DNA from: Chloroflexota bacterium
GTDB lineage: Bacteria > Chloroflexota > Dehalococcoidia > Lucifugimonadales > UBA3495
Direction: 5' to 3'
Assembly: GCA_022562475.1 (NCBI GenBank)
Contig: JADFPD010000002.1
Coordinates: 1 to 54,074 of the forward strand
Length of the DNA stretch: 54,074 bases
In this document: positions 1-8,543 of the stretch, piece after piece
Numbering within the stretch: the stretch's first letter is position 1
Layout: each line of letters begins with the position of its first letter
Program-made: the position numbers and the translations under genes
Notes under the pieces: model-generated
What the model was told of the DNA's origin: nothing
What the model saw: only the letters and a program-made list of their open reading frames with translations
Databases searched by the model: none

Positions 1-819
1 TTTAGGGGTCTTACAGGCTGCGTCCTGTCCAACGAATATCTAGACGCCTTCCCGGTGCACCAAGTCGTGATGGCCGGCGATGGCCTAAAAGAGGTCTACG
101 TAAGCTTGGAAGACGGGGGTCTCGTGGAACTGACGGGTGAGCCCTCGGACCCGGCCCTGGCCGACCGTTTATATGACCTTGGGATCGAACTTGACCAAGG
201 GCAGACCGCTGAGATCAACCTGGCGCTGAAACGGTGGTCCCAGGACGTCGCAACGGCGTTGGACCGGGGCTTCGTGCTCACCATCGACTACGGCCGCACC
301 GCCAAAGACCTCTATGACCCGGAAAAGCGGCGCAGAGGGACCCTGGTCACCTACCGCAAGCACGTCCAGACCGACGCTCCGTTGACTCTGATCGGCCGCC
401 AGGATATCACAGCGCAGGTGGATTTCACGTCGGTGGCGCGCGCTGGGGAGATGGCCGGTCTGGATACATTGGGGTTGGTCACGCAGCGGAACTTCCTGTC
501 CAACCTGGCCCTGGACCGATTGCAGCAACAACTCAAAAACCAGGGCCTCTCTTCACGGCAGATGCAGGCCAACCGAGCCGGCCTATTGGACCTGGTGCGG
601 CCCGGAGGTCTGGGTGACTTCAAGGTGCTTGCACAGGGGAAAAACGTAGGGAATACGGCGTTGTGGGGACTGGAGCGTTCATCCGAAGCCGCGGCCCTCG
701 TCGAGAGCCTGCCGGTCCCATTGTTGACCGGCCACCACTTATCTTTGCCAGAGGGCAGATACCCTGGTGGCGAGTTAGAATTCGAGGATTTTCGGCCGGC
801 CCCGGATTCCTTTAATTAG
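1..819 (+). CDS. SAM-dependent methyltransferase, MidA/NDUFAF7 (DUF185, COG1565) family, C-terminal part; the 5' end lies upstream of the window
   Basis: Frame 1 is open from base 1 (..SNEYLDAFPVHQVV..) and runs into ORF 55..819. Motifs LTIDYG, GTLVTYRKH and QDITAQVDF fit the MidA family as I remember it. TAG stop at 817-819. Confidence 0.7.
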   Translation, partial: FRGLTGCVLSNEYLDAFPVHQVVMAGDGLKEVYVSLEDGGLVELTGEPSDPALADRLYDLGIELDQGQTAEINLALKRWSQDVATALDRGFVLTIDYGRTAKDLYDPEKRRRGTLVTYRKHVQTDAPLTLIGRQDITAQVDFTSVARAGEMAGLDTLGLVTQRNFLSNLALDRLQQQLKNQGLSSRQMQANRAGLLDLVRPGGLGDFKVLAQGKNVGNTALWGLERSSEAAALVESLPVPLLTGHHLSLPEGRYPGGELEFEDFRPAPDSFN

Positions 820-1006
820 AAAACGCCGCCGGGTTATTCCGTTCGTCCTGAGCTTGTCGAAGGATGTGCATCAGTCATGCTCATGGTGGAGAACAGTCTT
901 AACTCGAGCAGTGGTTCGACGGGTCCGATTCCATCGTGACTCTCGACCGCGGTCGGAGCTCACCACGAACGGAACGGCTGGAGGACGAAAGGCGAATCCG
1001 TCCGTC

Positions 1007-1582
1007 CTACGCCGAAGGCGCCAGGCCGATCTGTTCGGCTATTGGCTTCATGCTCTCCACGATGAACGTGATGTGTTCGTCCAGGTCTATCCCCAGTTCG
1101 TCGGCGCCCTTCTGGATGTCGTCCCGGCTGACATCCTTGGCGAAGGCCTTGTCTTTCATCTTCTTGCGCACCGATTTGGGCGTCACTTCGTCCAGAGATT
1201 TAGACGGCCGGACCAACCCGACGGCCCGGATGAAGCCGGAAAGTTCGTCCACGGCGAAGAGGGTATGCTCCATCTGGGATTCGCGCGGGATCCCCGTGTG
1301 CTCTCCGTGGGTAAGCACCGCCCGGACGATGTCTTCGGGGTAGCCGTGGTCCCTGAGTATCTGGGCCCCGTAGGTCGGATGGTCCTGGGGAGTGGGACAG
1401 ATCTCCCAATCAAAGTCGTGGAGCAGTCCGGCGATGGCCCACCGCTCCTCGTCGCCGCCGAATTTGCGGGCGTAACCCCGCATGGAGGCCTCCACGGCGT
1501 ATAGGTGCTTCATCAGCATCTCGGTCTTCACGTGGGTTTGCAGAAACTCCAAGGTCCGTTCCCTACTCATCACGCCGGTCAT
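1007..1582 (-). CDS. HD/HDIG-domain metal-dependent phosphohydrolase
   Basis: ORF 1007..1678. Contains the ..AGLLHDFDWE.. HD motif and ..AVLTHGEHTG... The internal ATG at 1582 (MTGVMSRERT..) or 1570 is the likelier start because the upstream part overlaps trmI. The start is uncertain. Confidence 0.7.
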   Translation of the reverse strand: MTGVMSRERTLEFLQTHVKTEMLMKHLYAVEASMRGYARKFGGDEERWAIAGLLHDFDWEICPTPQDHPTYGAQILRDHGYPEDIVRAVLTHGEHTGIPRESQMEHTLFAVDELSGFIRAVGLVRPSKSLDEVTPKSVRKKMKDKAFAKDVSRDDIQKGADELGIDLDEHITFIVESMKPIAEQIGLAPSA

Positions 1583-2465
1583 CGGCGGCCTCCTCTGATT
1601 CCTCAGGTGGATCTTCAGCCAGATCGGCTTCCGGGGGCCTGCCGTCTTTTTGAGCGCGGCCGGTCGGCTTGGGCTCACAGCGGACCGCCGTGGTGAGAAA
1701 TCCGCTATGGGCGATCATTCGGTGGTCGGGGCGGACGCTCCGTTCCGTGACGTGCCAGGTGCGCAACAATGTCTCCAGCGACTCGATCATCTGGAACCGG
1801 CCGTCCTCTCCCAGGGCCAGGACCAGCCGCTGCACCTGCAGGATGGTGGGCACGAAGCTGAGCATTATCCCGCCCATCACCAAGACATCGCCGATGCCGG
1901 GCACTGCCTGCCATGGCTCCGGCACGTCCAATACCACCCGGTCAACGCCCTGTTCATCGATGCCTTGGTAGATGTCGCTGACCTTGACCTCAAGGTTGGA
2001 GGTGTCGGGGATAATGCGTTCGATGTTGCGCATCGCCTTGGGCAGCACTGCTTCGTCGATCTCGTAGGTGATCACCTTGCCGGTGTTGCCCACCGCACGG
2101 AGCAGCGCGGACGTCAGGGCACCGGAGCCCAGACCTCCCTCGACCACCGTGGCGCCGGGGAAAATATCGGCGAAATTGACGATGTTGCCCAGGTCCTTGG
2201 GGTAGATGATCTGGGGACCGCGGGGCATCTGGCGCACGAAGTCGCCCAGGGAGGGGCGCACCGCCAGCAGGATATGGCTCTTGTCGGTCCGGTACCACCC
2301 ACCGACGCTGCCGCCGATCATATCGTCGTGGGACAAACGGCCGAGATGGCAGTGGTAGGTCTCTCCTTCGGCCAGGGTGATCATATAGCGGCGCGCCTTG
2401 CGGTCGATGAGCAGGGCCAAGTCGCCGGGTTGGAAACAGTTCTTATCGGTCTGAATTTGGTTCAA
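1563..2465 (-). CDS. trmI: tRNA (adenine58-N1)-methyltransferase TrmI/GCD14 family
   Basis: 300-aa ORF. SAM-binding motif VVEGGLGSGALTSAL; N-terminal beta-domain GDLALLIDRKARRYMITL; DVPEPW motif. Acidic C-terminal tail. TTG start. Confidence 0.8.
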   Translation of the reverse strand: MNQIQTDKNCFQPGDLALLIDRKARRYMITLAEGETYHCHLGRLSHDDMIGGSVGGWYRTDKSHILLAVRPSLGDFVRQMPRGPQIIYPKDLGNIVNFADIFPGATVVEGGLGSGALTSALLRAVGNTGKVITYEIDEAVLPKAMRNIERIIPDTSNLEVKVSDIYQGIDEQGVDRVVLDVPEPWQAVPGIGDVLVMGGIMLSFVPTILQVQRLVLALGEDGRFQMIESLETLLRTWHVTERSVRPDHRMIAHSGFLTTAVRCEPKPTGRAQKDGRPPEADLAEDPPEESEEAADDRRDE

Positions 2466-2490
2466 ATCTGGGGTCCGCCTTGGCCGGAGC

Positions 2491-2889
2491 TTAGTCTTTG
2501 ACCGAGCCTGGGACCGAGGCCGGACGGCTGCCCTCCAGGTAGGTGGTGTTCACCGGTGAGTAGGGGTCCATATGGGGGAAAAAGACGATCAGTGAGGCTG
2601 TTTTATCGCCCACCACTTTGAACCCATGCTCGGCGCCCGGCGGTATGACCACGGTGTGGTCTTTCTCCACCGTGTGAGTCTCGCCGTTGATCCGCACCTC
2701 CAGGGTGCCTTCCATGATCATGATCAATTCGTCGATCGCGTGGGTGTGGAGGGGCGCCCCTGTGCCAGGTTCGGCGGTGTTCAGGCTGAGGGAGCTGGAG
2801 ACGCCGTGCTCTTCAAGGGTGACGTCCCACTTGCGGTAGCCGGGCCGCCAAGGGACTTCCGGGACGTTATTATGGTCGATGATGGGCAT
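2491..2889 (-). CDS. cupin domain protein
   Basis: Cupin motifs GAPLHTHAIDELIMIMEG and VVIPPGAEHGF. The ATG at 2889 is preceded by GGGAGAA, whereas the track's start at 2970 has no RBS. Confidence 0.7.
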   Translation of the reverse strand: MPIIDHNNVPEVPWRPGYRKWDVTLEEHGVSSSLSLNTAEPGTGAPLHTHAIDELIMIMEGTLEVRINGETHTVEKDHTVVIPPGAEHGFKVVGDKTASLIVFFPHMDPYSPVNTTYLEGSRPASVPGSVKD

Positions 2890-3073
2890 CTTTTCTCCCG
2901 TTTGAGCCGCGTATAGCCGAGTGTCCGGCGGTGCGTGGACCAACTTGGCTTTTTCGCCGGTGGCAGACATTGTACGCCATTTGCCGCTGTTGGTGGGCTC
3001 ACCAGAGACTGACTCAACCCAGCCGGCGCCGCGCGTTTTACCCGAAGGACCGCATGGGCTACAGTAAGGCTAA

Positions 3074-3433
3074 ATGATGGAAAGCGACCAATTCACATTA
3101 CAAGAGGCTAACGACTTGGTCCCGTGGCTGGAAGAAACATTCCAGCGCTTGACGGGCCTAAGAGATGAGATTGCCGGGCTCCGGAGCCGCGCCGGCGGCG
3201 AAGCGGTGGACCCGGACCAGGGGGAACTGGAAGCGTTGGAACGCGGGCTTGACGACGGTTTTCAAGAGATATTGGACCGGGGCATCATCGTCCGGAATAT
3301 CGCCAGCGGCTTGGTGGATTTCCCGTCGCAGCGCGAGGGTAGGGAAGTCTATCTTTGCTGGATCGGAGGGGAAGAACGGATCGATTTCTGGCACGAGACC
3401 GACCAGGGGTTTGCCCATAGGCAACCGTTGTAG
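3074..3433 (+). CDS. DUF2203 family protein
   Basis: 119 aa. N-terminal FTLQEANDLVPWLEE and C-terminal LVDFPSQREGREVYLCWIGGEERIDFWHE match my recollection of DUF2203. TAG stop. Confidence 0.7.
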   Translation: MMESDQFTLQEANDLVPWLEETFQRLTGLRDEIAGLRSRAGGEAVDPDQGELEALERGLDDGFQEILDRGIIVRNIASGLVDFPSQREGREVYLCWIGGEERIDFWHETDQGFAHRQPL

Positions 3434-3754
3434 GGTTGGCGCGTGGACTGAACCAACCGCCCATGCTGGGCTGACCGGCCCACCGTATTTTTTGATGAAT
3501 CACGATCCGGAATATTGAGGAATTTAGACTACATCTTCCGGTGGTGCTAGAGTTAGGATAACCCGGCGTTTTCGAATCGATATTCTAGCCTGTGGAAGCT
3601 GGGGTTCGTCGGTCGACGTTTTGGGATTTTGTGATGATCAACGATTTCCACAACCTGAAAGCCAAATCGTCTCCATTTTGGACATTCCCGGATCAACTCT
3701 ATTAACATGTCAGTAAACCAATAAAATTGTGGATATCCCAAGACTCACCTTCAT

Positions 3755-4459
3755 ATGAAAGACCTACTACGCAATCAGCTAGCTGAATCGGAAAGTCAAT
3801 TGAGCCAAGGTGCTAACAAACTAGCGTTTTTATCCGCATTCGGGGTGCTTGAAACTTGGATCGAAGCGCAGGTATCAATGTCCCCTAGAGATATCGATGC
3901 GCTGAGTTTCAAACAAAAGATCGACTCGTTAACAAAAGAGGGTGTTCTCGTTGGGTCTTCACCTTTGATGATGAAGCACCTTCACGATTGTCGTAATCTC
4001 GTTGCTCATAGGTTTTCATTCGAGCCGTCAACAGATCAGGCTCGCCAATGGATACGTTGGATCAAACAAATTACGCTAAAGGATGGGAACATTCGCTCTC
4101 TGATAACAACTCCCGTAACAACGATCGCAGAAACTGAGACCATTGAAAACGCCATCGCGTTGATGAAGGACCACGATTATTCTCAAATCCCGGTGATGCG
4201 GGCGAACCAGCCGATTGGATACATCGACGAATGGTCCGTTCTTAACGCATTGGCCCGAGGAGAAGGCATTCTGGATCCGAATGATCCAGTGTCGAGCATC
4301 GTTGAACTAGGCAAAATAACTAGGATTCCCATCGATACCGACTTAAACGAAGCGATGCGTTTATTGAGAAAACAGCGTCGTCCCGGGTTTCTGCTTGTGT
4401 TTGATGCAGACAATCTTGAAGGAATTCTAACTAAATCCGATGTGTTGAACCTCATTTAG
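3755..4459 (+). CDS. two-domain protein: N-terminal HEPN-superfamily/DUF4145-like helical domain (R80-N-x3-H85) fused to a C-terminal CBS pair
   Basis: 234 aa. The N-terminus ..KQKIDSLTKEGVLVGSSPLMMKHLHDCRNLVAHRF.. resembles the DUF4145/HEPN pattern (helper helix + RNxxAH, i.e. Rx4H). From about residue 113 there are two CBS motifs (ITTPVTTIAETETIENAIALMKDHDYSQIPVM.. and ..IPIDTDLNEAMRLLRKQRRPGFLLVFDADNLEGILTKSDVLNLI). It lies in AT-rich DNA. No clear SD sequence. Confidence 0.7.
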   Translation: MKDLLRNQLAESESQLSQGANKLAFLSAFGVLETWIEAQVSMSPRDIDALSFKQKIDSLTKEGVLVGSSPLMMKHLHDCRNLVAHRFSFEPSTDQARQWIRWIKQITLKDGNIRSLITTPVTTIAETETIENAIALMKDHDYSQIPVMRANQPIGYIDEWSVLNALARGEGILDPNDPVSSIVELGKITRIPIDTDLNEAMRLLRKQRRPGFLLVFDADNLEGILTKSDVLNLI

Positions 4460-4498
4460 TCCAGGCATCGAGGCAAATATTTCTCGTAGGAGTAACAT

Positions 4499-4987
4499 AT
4501 GGCCAGCCGTACCTTGGGGAAAGTGTTCTTTAGTCACGTCCACGAAGATGCAGACTGCGCTGAGAAAATCACTACCTGGCTTCAATACAATCTGAATCAC
4601 GGAATTGAATGCTTTTCTGCGTCGGACGCCGGCATATTACGACCCGGAACAATGTGGGCCGAGGAGATTAAAAAAGCATTACAAGATGCGGACCTGCTCA
4701 TAGTCTTGGTTAGTCCAAACAGTCTGCAGAGGGAATGGATTTATTTCGAAGCCGGGTGTGGGTTTGTTCGAGATATTCCCGTTATTCCGGTGTGTTGCGG
4801 TGGAATAACGAAAGCAGATTTAACCCCTCCGTTAAGTCTTTTGCAGGCGTTGAATCTTCCCGAAGAATCGATCAAGTTGATACGAGCCGTGGCAAACGTA
4901 AGCGGCATGACTGCCGTACGGCGGCCTACCAAACTTCTACTTCCAGCATTGACCAATAGTAAATTCATTTGGAAGCCCCATCCTTAA
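4499..4987 (+). CDS. stand-alone TIR-domain protein (TIR_2-like, ThsB-like)
   Basis: 162 aa. KVFFSHVHEDADCAEKITTWL .. ILRPGTMWAEEIKKALQDADLLIVLVSPNSLQREWIYFEAG follows the bacterial TIR pattern (FISYxxxD .. pG..w...i...i..s..vvvl.Sp.s..S.W...E). The candidate catalytic Glu is E84 in WIYFE. AGGAG lies 7 nt upstream of the ATG, which is 39 nt after the preceding gene. Confidence 0.75.
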   Translation: MASRTLGKVFFSHVHEDADCAEKITTWLQYNLNHGIECFSASDAGILRPGTMWAEEIKKALQDADLLIVLVSPNSLQREWIYFEAGCGFVRDIPVIPVCCGGITKADLTPPLSLLQALNLPEESIKLIRAVANVSGMTAVRRPTKLLLPALTNSKFIWKPHP

Positions 4988-5002
4988 CTCTGATCGGAGA
5001 GA

Positions 5003-5974
5003 ATGATGTCATATTCATTTGTCGCGCGAAGATTGAAAGCAGGAGGGGTGATTCTCTTAGACGGCGGATTCGGCACCGAAGCGGCGCGAAGGGGGGTGGA
5101 AGGAATCCATGACGCCGCCGCGTGGTCTGTTACCGCCCTCAATTCCCCCGAGATTGCCATAGGAATACATCGCGATTTTCTCGCCAGTGGGGCAGACGTA
5201 ATAACCACGGGAACTTTTCGAACTAATCGGAGCGCACTACGAAAGATAGCTTTGGAACAATTGGCTCGTCCGTTAACAATTTTTGGCCTTTCGCTAGCCC
5301 AAGAAGCCCAACTTGAATTGAGAGAGTCAAATAACCGCCAGACTTGTGTTGCAGGAAGTATTACCACTGTCGGGGATACCTACAGCAACACCAGTCTTGG
5401 TAGGGGAAGTGAATCAGAGCACCGCGAAAAATGCGATTGGCTATCTACGGGAGGAGTTGACCTAATCTTCGTTGAAACGATGCCGAGTCTGGATGAGGCT
5501 ATCTGCGCAGTCGAGTGTGCTGTTGAAAGGGGCAAACCGGCCTGGCTCAGCGTAGTACTAGTACCAGTTAGTGGTGGTAAACCAACGATGGTCGATGGTA
5601 CCACGATACCTGACTTGATACATTCTCTCTCCTCTATGTCGGCTCCTCCAGAGGCTGTGTTGTTCAATTGCTGCCAACCGGAATTGATTGGAACTGCGCT
5701 GAAGGAGGGAAGAGAAACACTGGCCGGACTTGGGAATCTAATCCATATGGGCGCGTACCCAAACATTGAGGAGCCAAGAGATGACCCCGGCGAACCGTGG
5801 GTCCGTCGAGCGGATATAACACCGCAAGTTTTTGCGCAGATGACCGAATATTGGATAGATGCCGGGGCCCGTATCGTTGGAGGATGTTGCGGTACTGGCC
5901 CTGATGACATTCGGGCGGTCAAGAAAATGCTGAATGAGAGGAAAAGAGGCGCGAAACCCCACCGCCGGTCTTGA
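5003..5974 (+). CDS. homocysteine S-methyltransferase family protein (PF02574-like)
   Basis: 323 aa. N-terminal ILLDGGFGTE and C-terminal zinc-site motif GGCCGTGPDDIRAV. GGAGAG RBS. The start is 15 nt after the TIR gene's stop. Confidence 0.8.
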   Translation: MMSYSFVARRLKAGGVILLDGGFGTEAARRGVEGIHDAAAWSVTALNSPEIAIGIHRDFLASGADVITTGTFRTNRSALRKIALEQLARPLTIFGLSLAQEAQLELRESNNRQTCVAGSITTVGDTYSNTSLGRGSESEHREKCDWLSTGGVDLIFVETMPSLDEAICAVECAVERGKPAWLSVVLVPVSGGKPTMVDGTTIPDLIHSLSSMSAPPEAVLFNCCQPELIGTALKEGRETLAGLGNLIHMGAYPNIEEPRDDPGEPWVRRADITPQVFAQMTEYWIDAGARIVGGCCGTGPDDIRAVKKMLNERKRGAKPHRRS

Positions 5975-5991
5975 ACGGCGGAGGGGAATCA

Positions 5992-6234
5992 TCATTGACT
6001 TGCCTGGAATGTCTCGAACTGACGCATCGTTAACCCGCATTTTTCCAGATAGCGCTGGCAGGCCGTGGGACCAATCAATAATGGCGGACCAATTAGTAGG
6101 ATTCCTGATCCCACCGTTGCCTCGTATATCCGGAACGGGCGGATGTCTAGTGCACTTTCTAACCTAATTAGCTCGGAATCCAAAAAATCGAAAAGTTCGC
6201 TTCTATTTACATCGCTGTTAGGCTCGCTGGGCAT
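5992..6234 (-). CDS. hypothetical small protein (doubtful)
   Basis: 80-aa ORF overlapping the HicB-like gene's end by 17 nt. No motif recognised and it does not look like HicA. It is kept only because of its position. Confidence 0.2.
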   Translation of the reverse strand: MPSEPNSDVNRSELFDFLDSELIRLESALDIRPFRIYEATVGSGILLIGPPLLIGPTACQRYLEKCGLTMRQFETFQASQ

Positions 6235-6529
6235 TCGCGATACTCACTCGTCCGGGCGTTTGGAGGAAAGTATCTGGAATGTCGATTCCAAATTTTGCCG
6301 TATGGTTTGATCTGGAATCTGAGACCTTCAAGTTTTTCTCGCTGATGTAATCACCGAGGCGGTCAAGTTCGACGAGCAGATCGAACTCCAACTGGAGACA
6401 AGTTCGCAAGCTGTCTTCGGCCTCTGCTTTCGACGAGCCGTGAGCTGGTGTGCCAGTCTCTTTACACATCGCCATATACTGGCTTCCGTCTCGCACAGCT
6501 TTGCTGAGGGTAACGTAGATCTTTGCCAA
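6218..6529 (-). CDS. HicB-like (UPF0150) antitoxin-family protein
   Basis: 103 aa. ..YMAMCKETGTPAHGSSKAEAEDSLRTCLQLEF.. fits the HicB N-terminal fold pattern (y.A.c.e.g..g.G.t.eEA...l). TTG start preceded by AGGAGAG. Confidence 0.5.
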   Translation of the reverse strand: MAKIYVTLSKAVRDGSQYMAMCKETGTPAHGSSKAEAEDSLRTCLQLEFDLLVELDRLGDYISEKNLKVSDSRSNHTAKFGIDIPDTFLQTPGRVSIANAQRA

Positions 6530-6986
6530 GATGCTCTCCTGGTGGATAGACTTTATTTTGAAGGCGGTGTGCGGCGCTGCAGTAGTATTTGGTACCGCCG
6601 ATCGTAACGGCTAGATGCCTTTCTGCTGAAGATTCTGTATTTAAAGGATTGTGGGATTGCCCACAAGGCGCACCTGTTACCAGCGCGCCTCACAGAGGCT
6701 ACATGAATGATATGGTAATGTCAATTTCTCCTTTTGACCAATCAACGTTGCAGGGTTCGAATGGTCACAACGAATTTCGTATTATAGTGCCGGTAAATCG
6801 GGCATATCAACCCCGACAGGTCACTGGGTTTATCTGATCTCTAGCCCTTAGTAACCATAATGGCGCTTGGCCAGTCCTTAAAACAAGGGTAATGTGTTCG
6901 ATTTTTTCACGATTTAATAATCATCGGCCAATATTAGTCCATTTTCAGCGTGGGCTAGATACGACTGGCAAGGTATTCGTAATCGG

Positions 6987-8483
6987 CTAAATAAACCGCG
7001 CCCGCTCCGTGGCTGCGGCTGCGTGGTCTATGTAGACGGTGATGACCTCGGTGAAGAAGTCGACCATCGCCGTGCCCTGCTCCCGCTGGCCTACGCCCGA
7101 GGAATTCAGGCCGCCGAAGGGCAGATGCACTTCGCCGCCCAAGGTGGAGGCGTTAACGTGGACCATGCCGGTCTCCACGGTGTTGATGTATTCGTAGGCC
7201 TTGGTGATGTCCTTGGTATAGACCGAGGATGAAAGGCCAAACTCCACAGAGTTGGATATCTCGATGGCTTCTTTCAGGTCCTTGACCTTGAACACCGTCA
7301 GCACCGGGCCGAATATCTCCTCTTGAGCGATGCGCATGCCGGGCGAAACACCGGTGAAGATGGTGGGTTCCACGTAATAACCCAGGTCGAAATCTCCGCC
7401 GCTAAGCGCCCGGCCGCCATAGACCAGGTTGGCCCCCTCTTCCGTGCCGATGCCGATGTATTCCATGACTTTGTCTTTCTGGCTCTGGCTGGACAGAGGC
7501 GATATGTCGATGGAAGGATCGATGCCGTCGCCGATGGTCAACTTGCTGGTCCGGTCGATGAGCTCGGCCATGAACTGGTCGTAGATGTCCTCTTCCACGA
7601 TGACCCGGCTGGTGGCGGTGCAGCGTTGGCCGGTGGACCCGAAAGCGCCCTGCACGATGCCGCCCATGGCTTTGTCCATGTCGGCGTCGGCCAGGATGAT
7701 CACGGCGTTCTTGCCGCCCATCTCGGCCTGGACTTTTTTCAGCCGCTTGGCGCTCTCTCCGTACAGTTCAGTGCCCACCTCGGTTGAACCGGTGAAGGAG
7801 ATGCCTTTCACGTCGGGACTCTCCACCAGGGCTTTGCCCACTTGGGCGCCCGGTCCGGTGACCAGGTTCAGCACGCCGGCGGGAAGGCCGGCCTCCTCGA
7901 ATATCTCGATCAACTTCACAGCGCTGAGGGGCGTGCCCGAGGCTGGCTTGAAGACCAATGCGTTGCCGCAGATGAGCGCCGGGGCTATCTTCCAGGTTGG
8001 GATGGCCAGAGGAAAGTTCCAGGGGGTGATTATCCCCACCACTCCCAGCGGGCGGCGCACGGTGTAGGCCACGGTGTTGGGCAATTCGGATGGGGTTGTG
8101 TAGCCGAACATGCGGCGTCCCTCGCCGGCAGCGTACTCCATGATGTTCATGGACCGCTTGACCTCACCCTGGGCGTCGCCGATGGGCTTGCCCTCTTCGA
8201 TGGTGATGGTCCGGGCCATCTCATCTGCCCGGCGGCCCATGATCTCCAAGGCTTTGTAGATGACGCCGGCCCGGGCCGGCGCTGGGGTGTTGGCCCAGAC
8301 GGTCAGGCCTTCCTTAGCGGCGGCCACGGCCCGCAGGGCGTCGTCGGCGCCGGAAGTCTGGAACTCGCCGACTATCTGGTCGATGCGGGCCGGGTTGTGG
8401 ACCTGATAGGTCCGGCCGGTCACCGATTCAACCCATTGGCCGCCGATGTAATTCTTGTGTGTCGTGATCTGCGTTTCCGCCAT
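6987..8483 (-). CDS. NAD(P)+-dependent aldehyde dehydrogenase
   Basis: 498 aa. ALDH motifs: FTGSTEVG, the catalytic-Cys region GQRCTATSR, EEIFGPV, and the Glu site AEMGGKNA. Confidence 0.9.
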   Translation of the reverse strand: MAETQITTHKNYIGGQWVESVTGRTYQVHNPARIDQIVGEFQTSGADDALRAVAAAKEGLTVWANTPAPARAGVIYKALEIMGRRADEMARTITIEEGKPIGDAQGEVKRSMNIMEYAAGEGRRMFGYTTPSELPNTVAYTVRRPLGVVGIITPWNFPLAIPTWKIAPALICGNALVFKPASGTPLSAVKLIEIFEEAGLPAGVLNLVTGPGAQVGKALVESPDVKGISFTGSTEVGTELYGESAKRLKKVQAEMGGKNAVIILADADMDKAMGGIVQGAFGSTGQRCTATSRVIVEEDIYDQFMAELIDRTSKLTIGDGIDPSIDISPLSSQSQKDKVMEYIGIGTEEGANLVYGGRALSGGDFDLGYYVEPTIFTGVSPGMRIAQEEIFGPVLTVFKVKDLKEAIEISNSVEFGLSSSVYTKDITKAYEYINTVETGMVHVNASTLGGEVHLPFGGLNSSGVGQREQGTAMVDFFTEVITVYIDHAAAATERARFI

Positions 8484-8543
8484 GGTTTCCTTCCTTAAGC
8501 TGTTCCTGAGAAATATTGGGTGAGGGGCCGAAGTTGCCGGAAT

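Noticed and set aside
3553-3741. 62-aa minus-strand ORF just upstream of the HEPN-CBS gene.
   Set aside because: Its start is only 13 nt from the divergent gene's ATG, which leaves no room for two promoters. It has no RBS and no recognisable motif. It is more likely promoter/leader DNA of the defence pair.
5992-6234. HicA toxin partner for the HicB-like gene.
   Set aside because: The 80-aa ORF downstream of the HicB-like gene has none of the HicA dsRBD-like features I remember (the ..GSH..... motif). The gene order is also the reverse of canonical hicA-hicB. It is kept only as a low-confidence ORF.
3489-6925. Flanking direct repeats (att-like) for the AT-rich defence islet.
   Set aside because: Only a short, gapped similarity was found (tttttt..tcacgat at about 3489-3506 and about 6903-6915). 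That is too weak to call.
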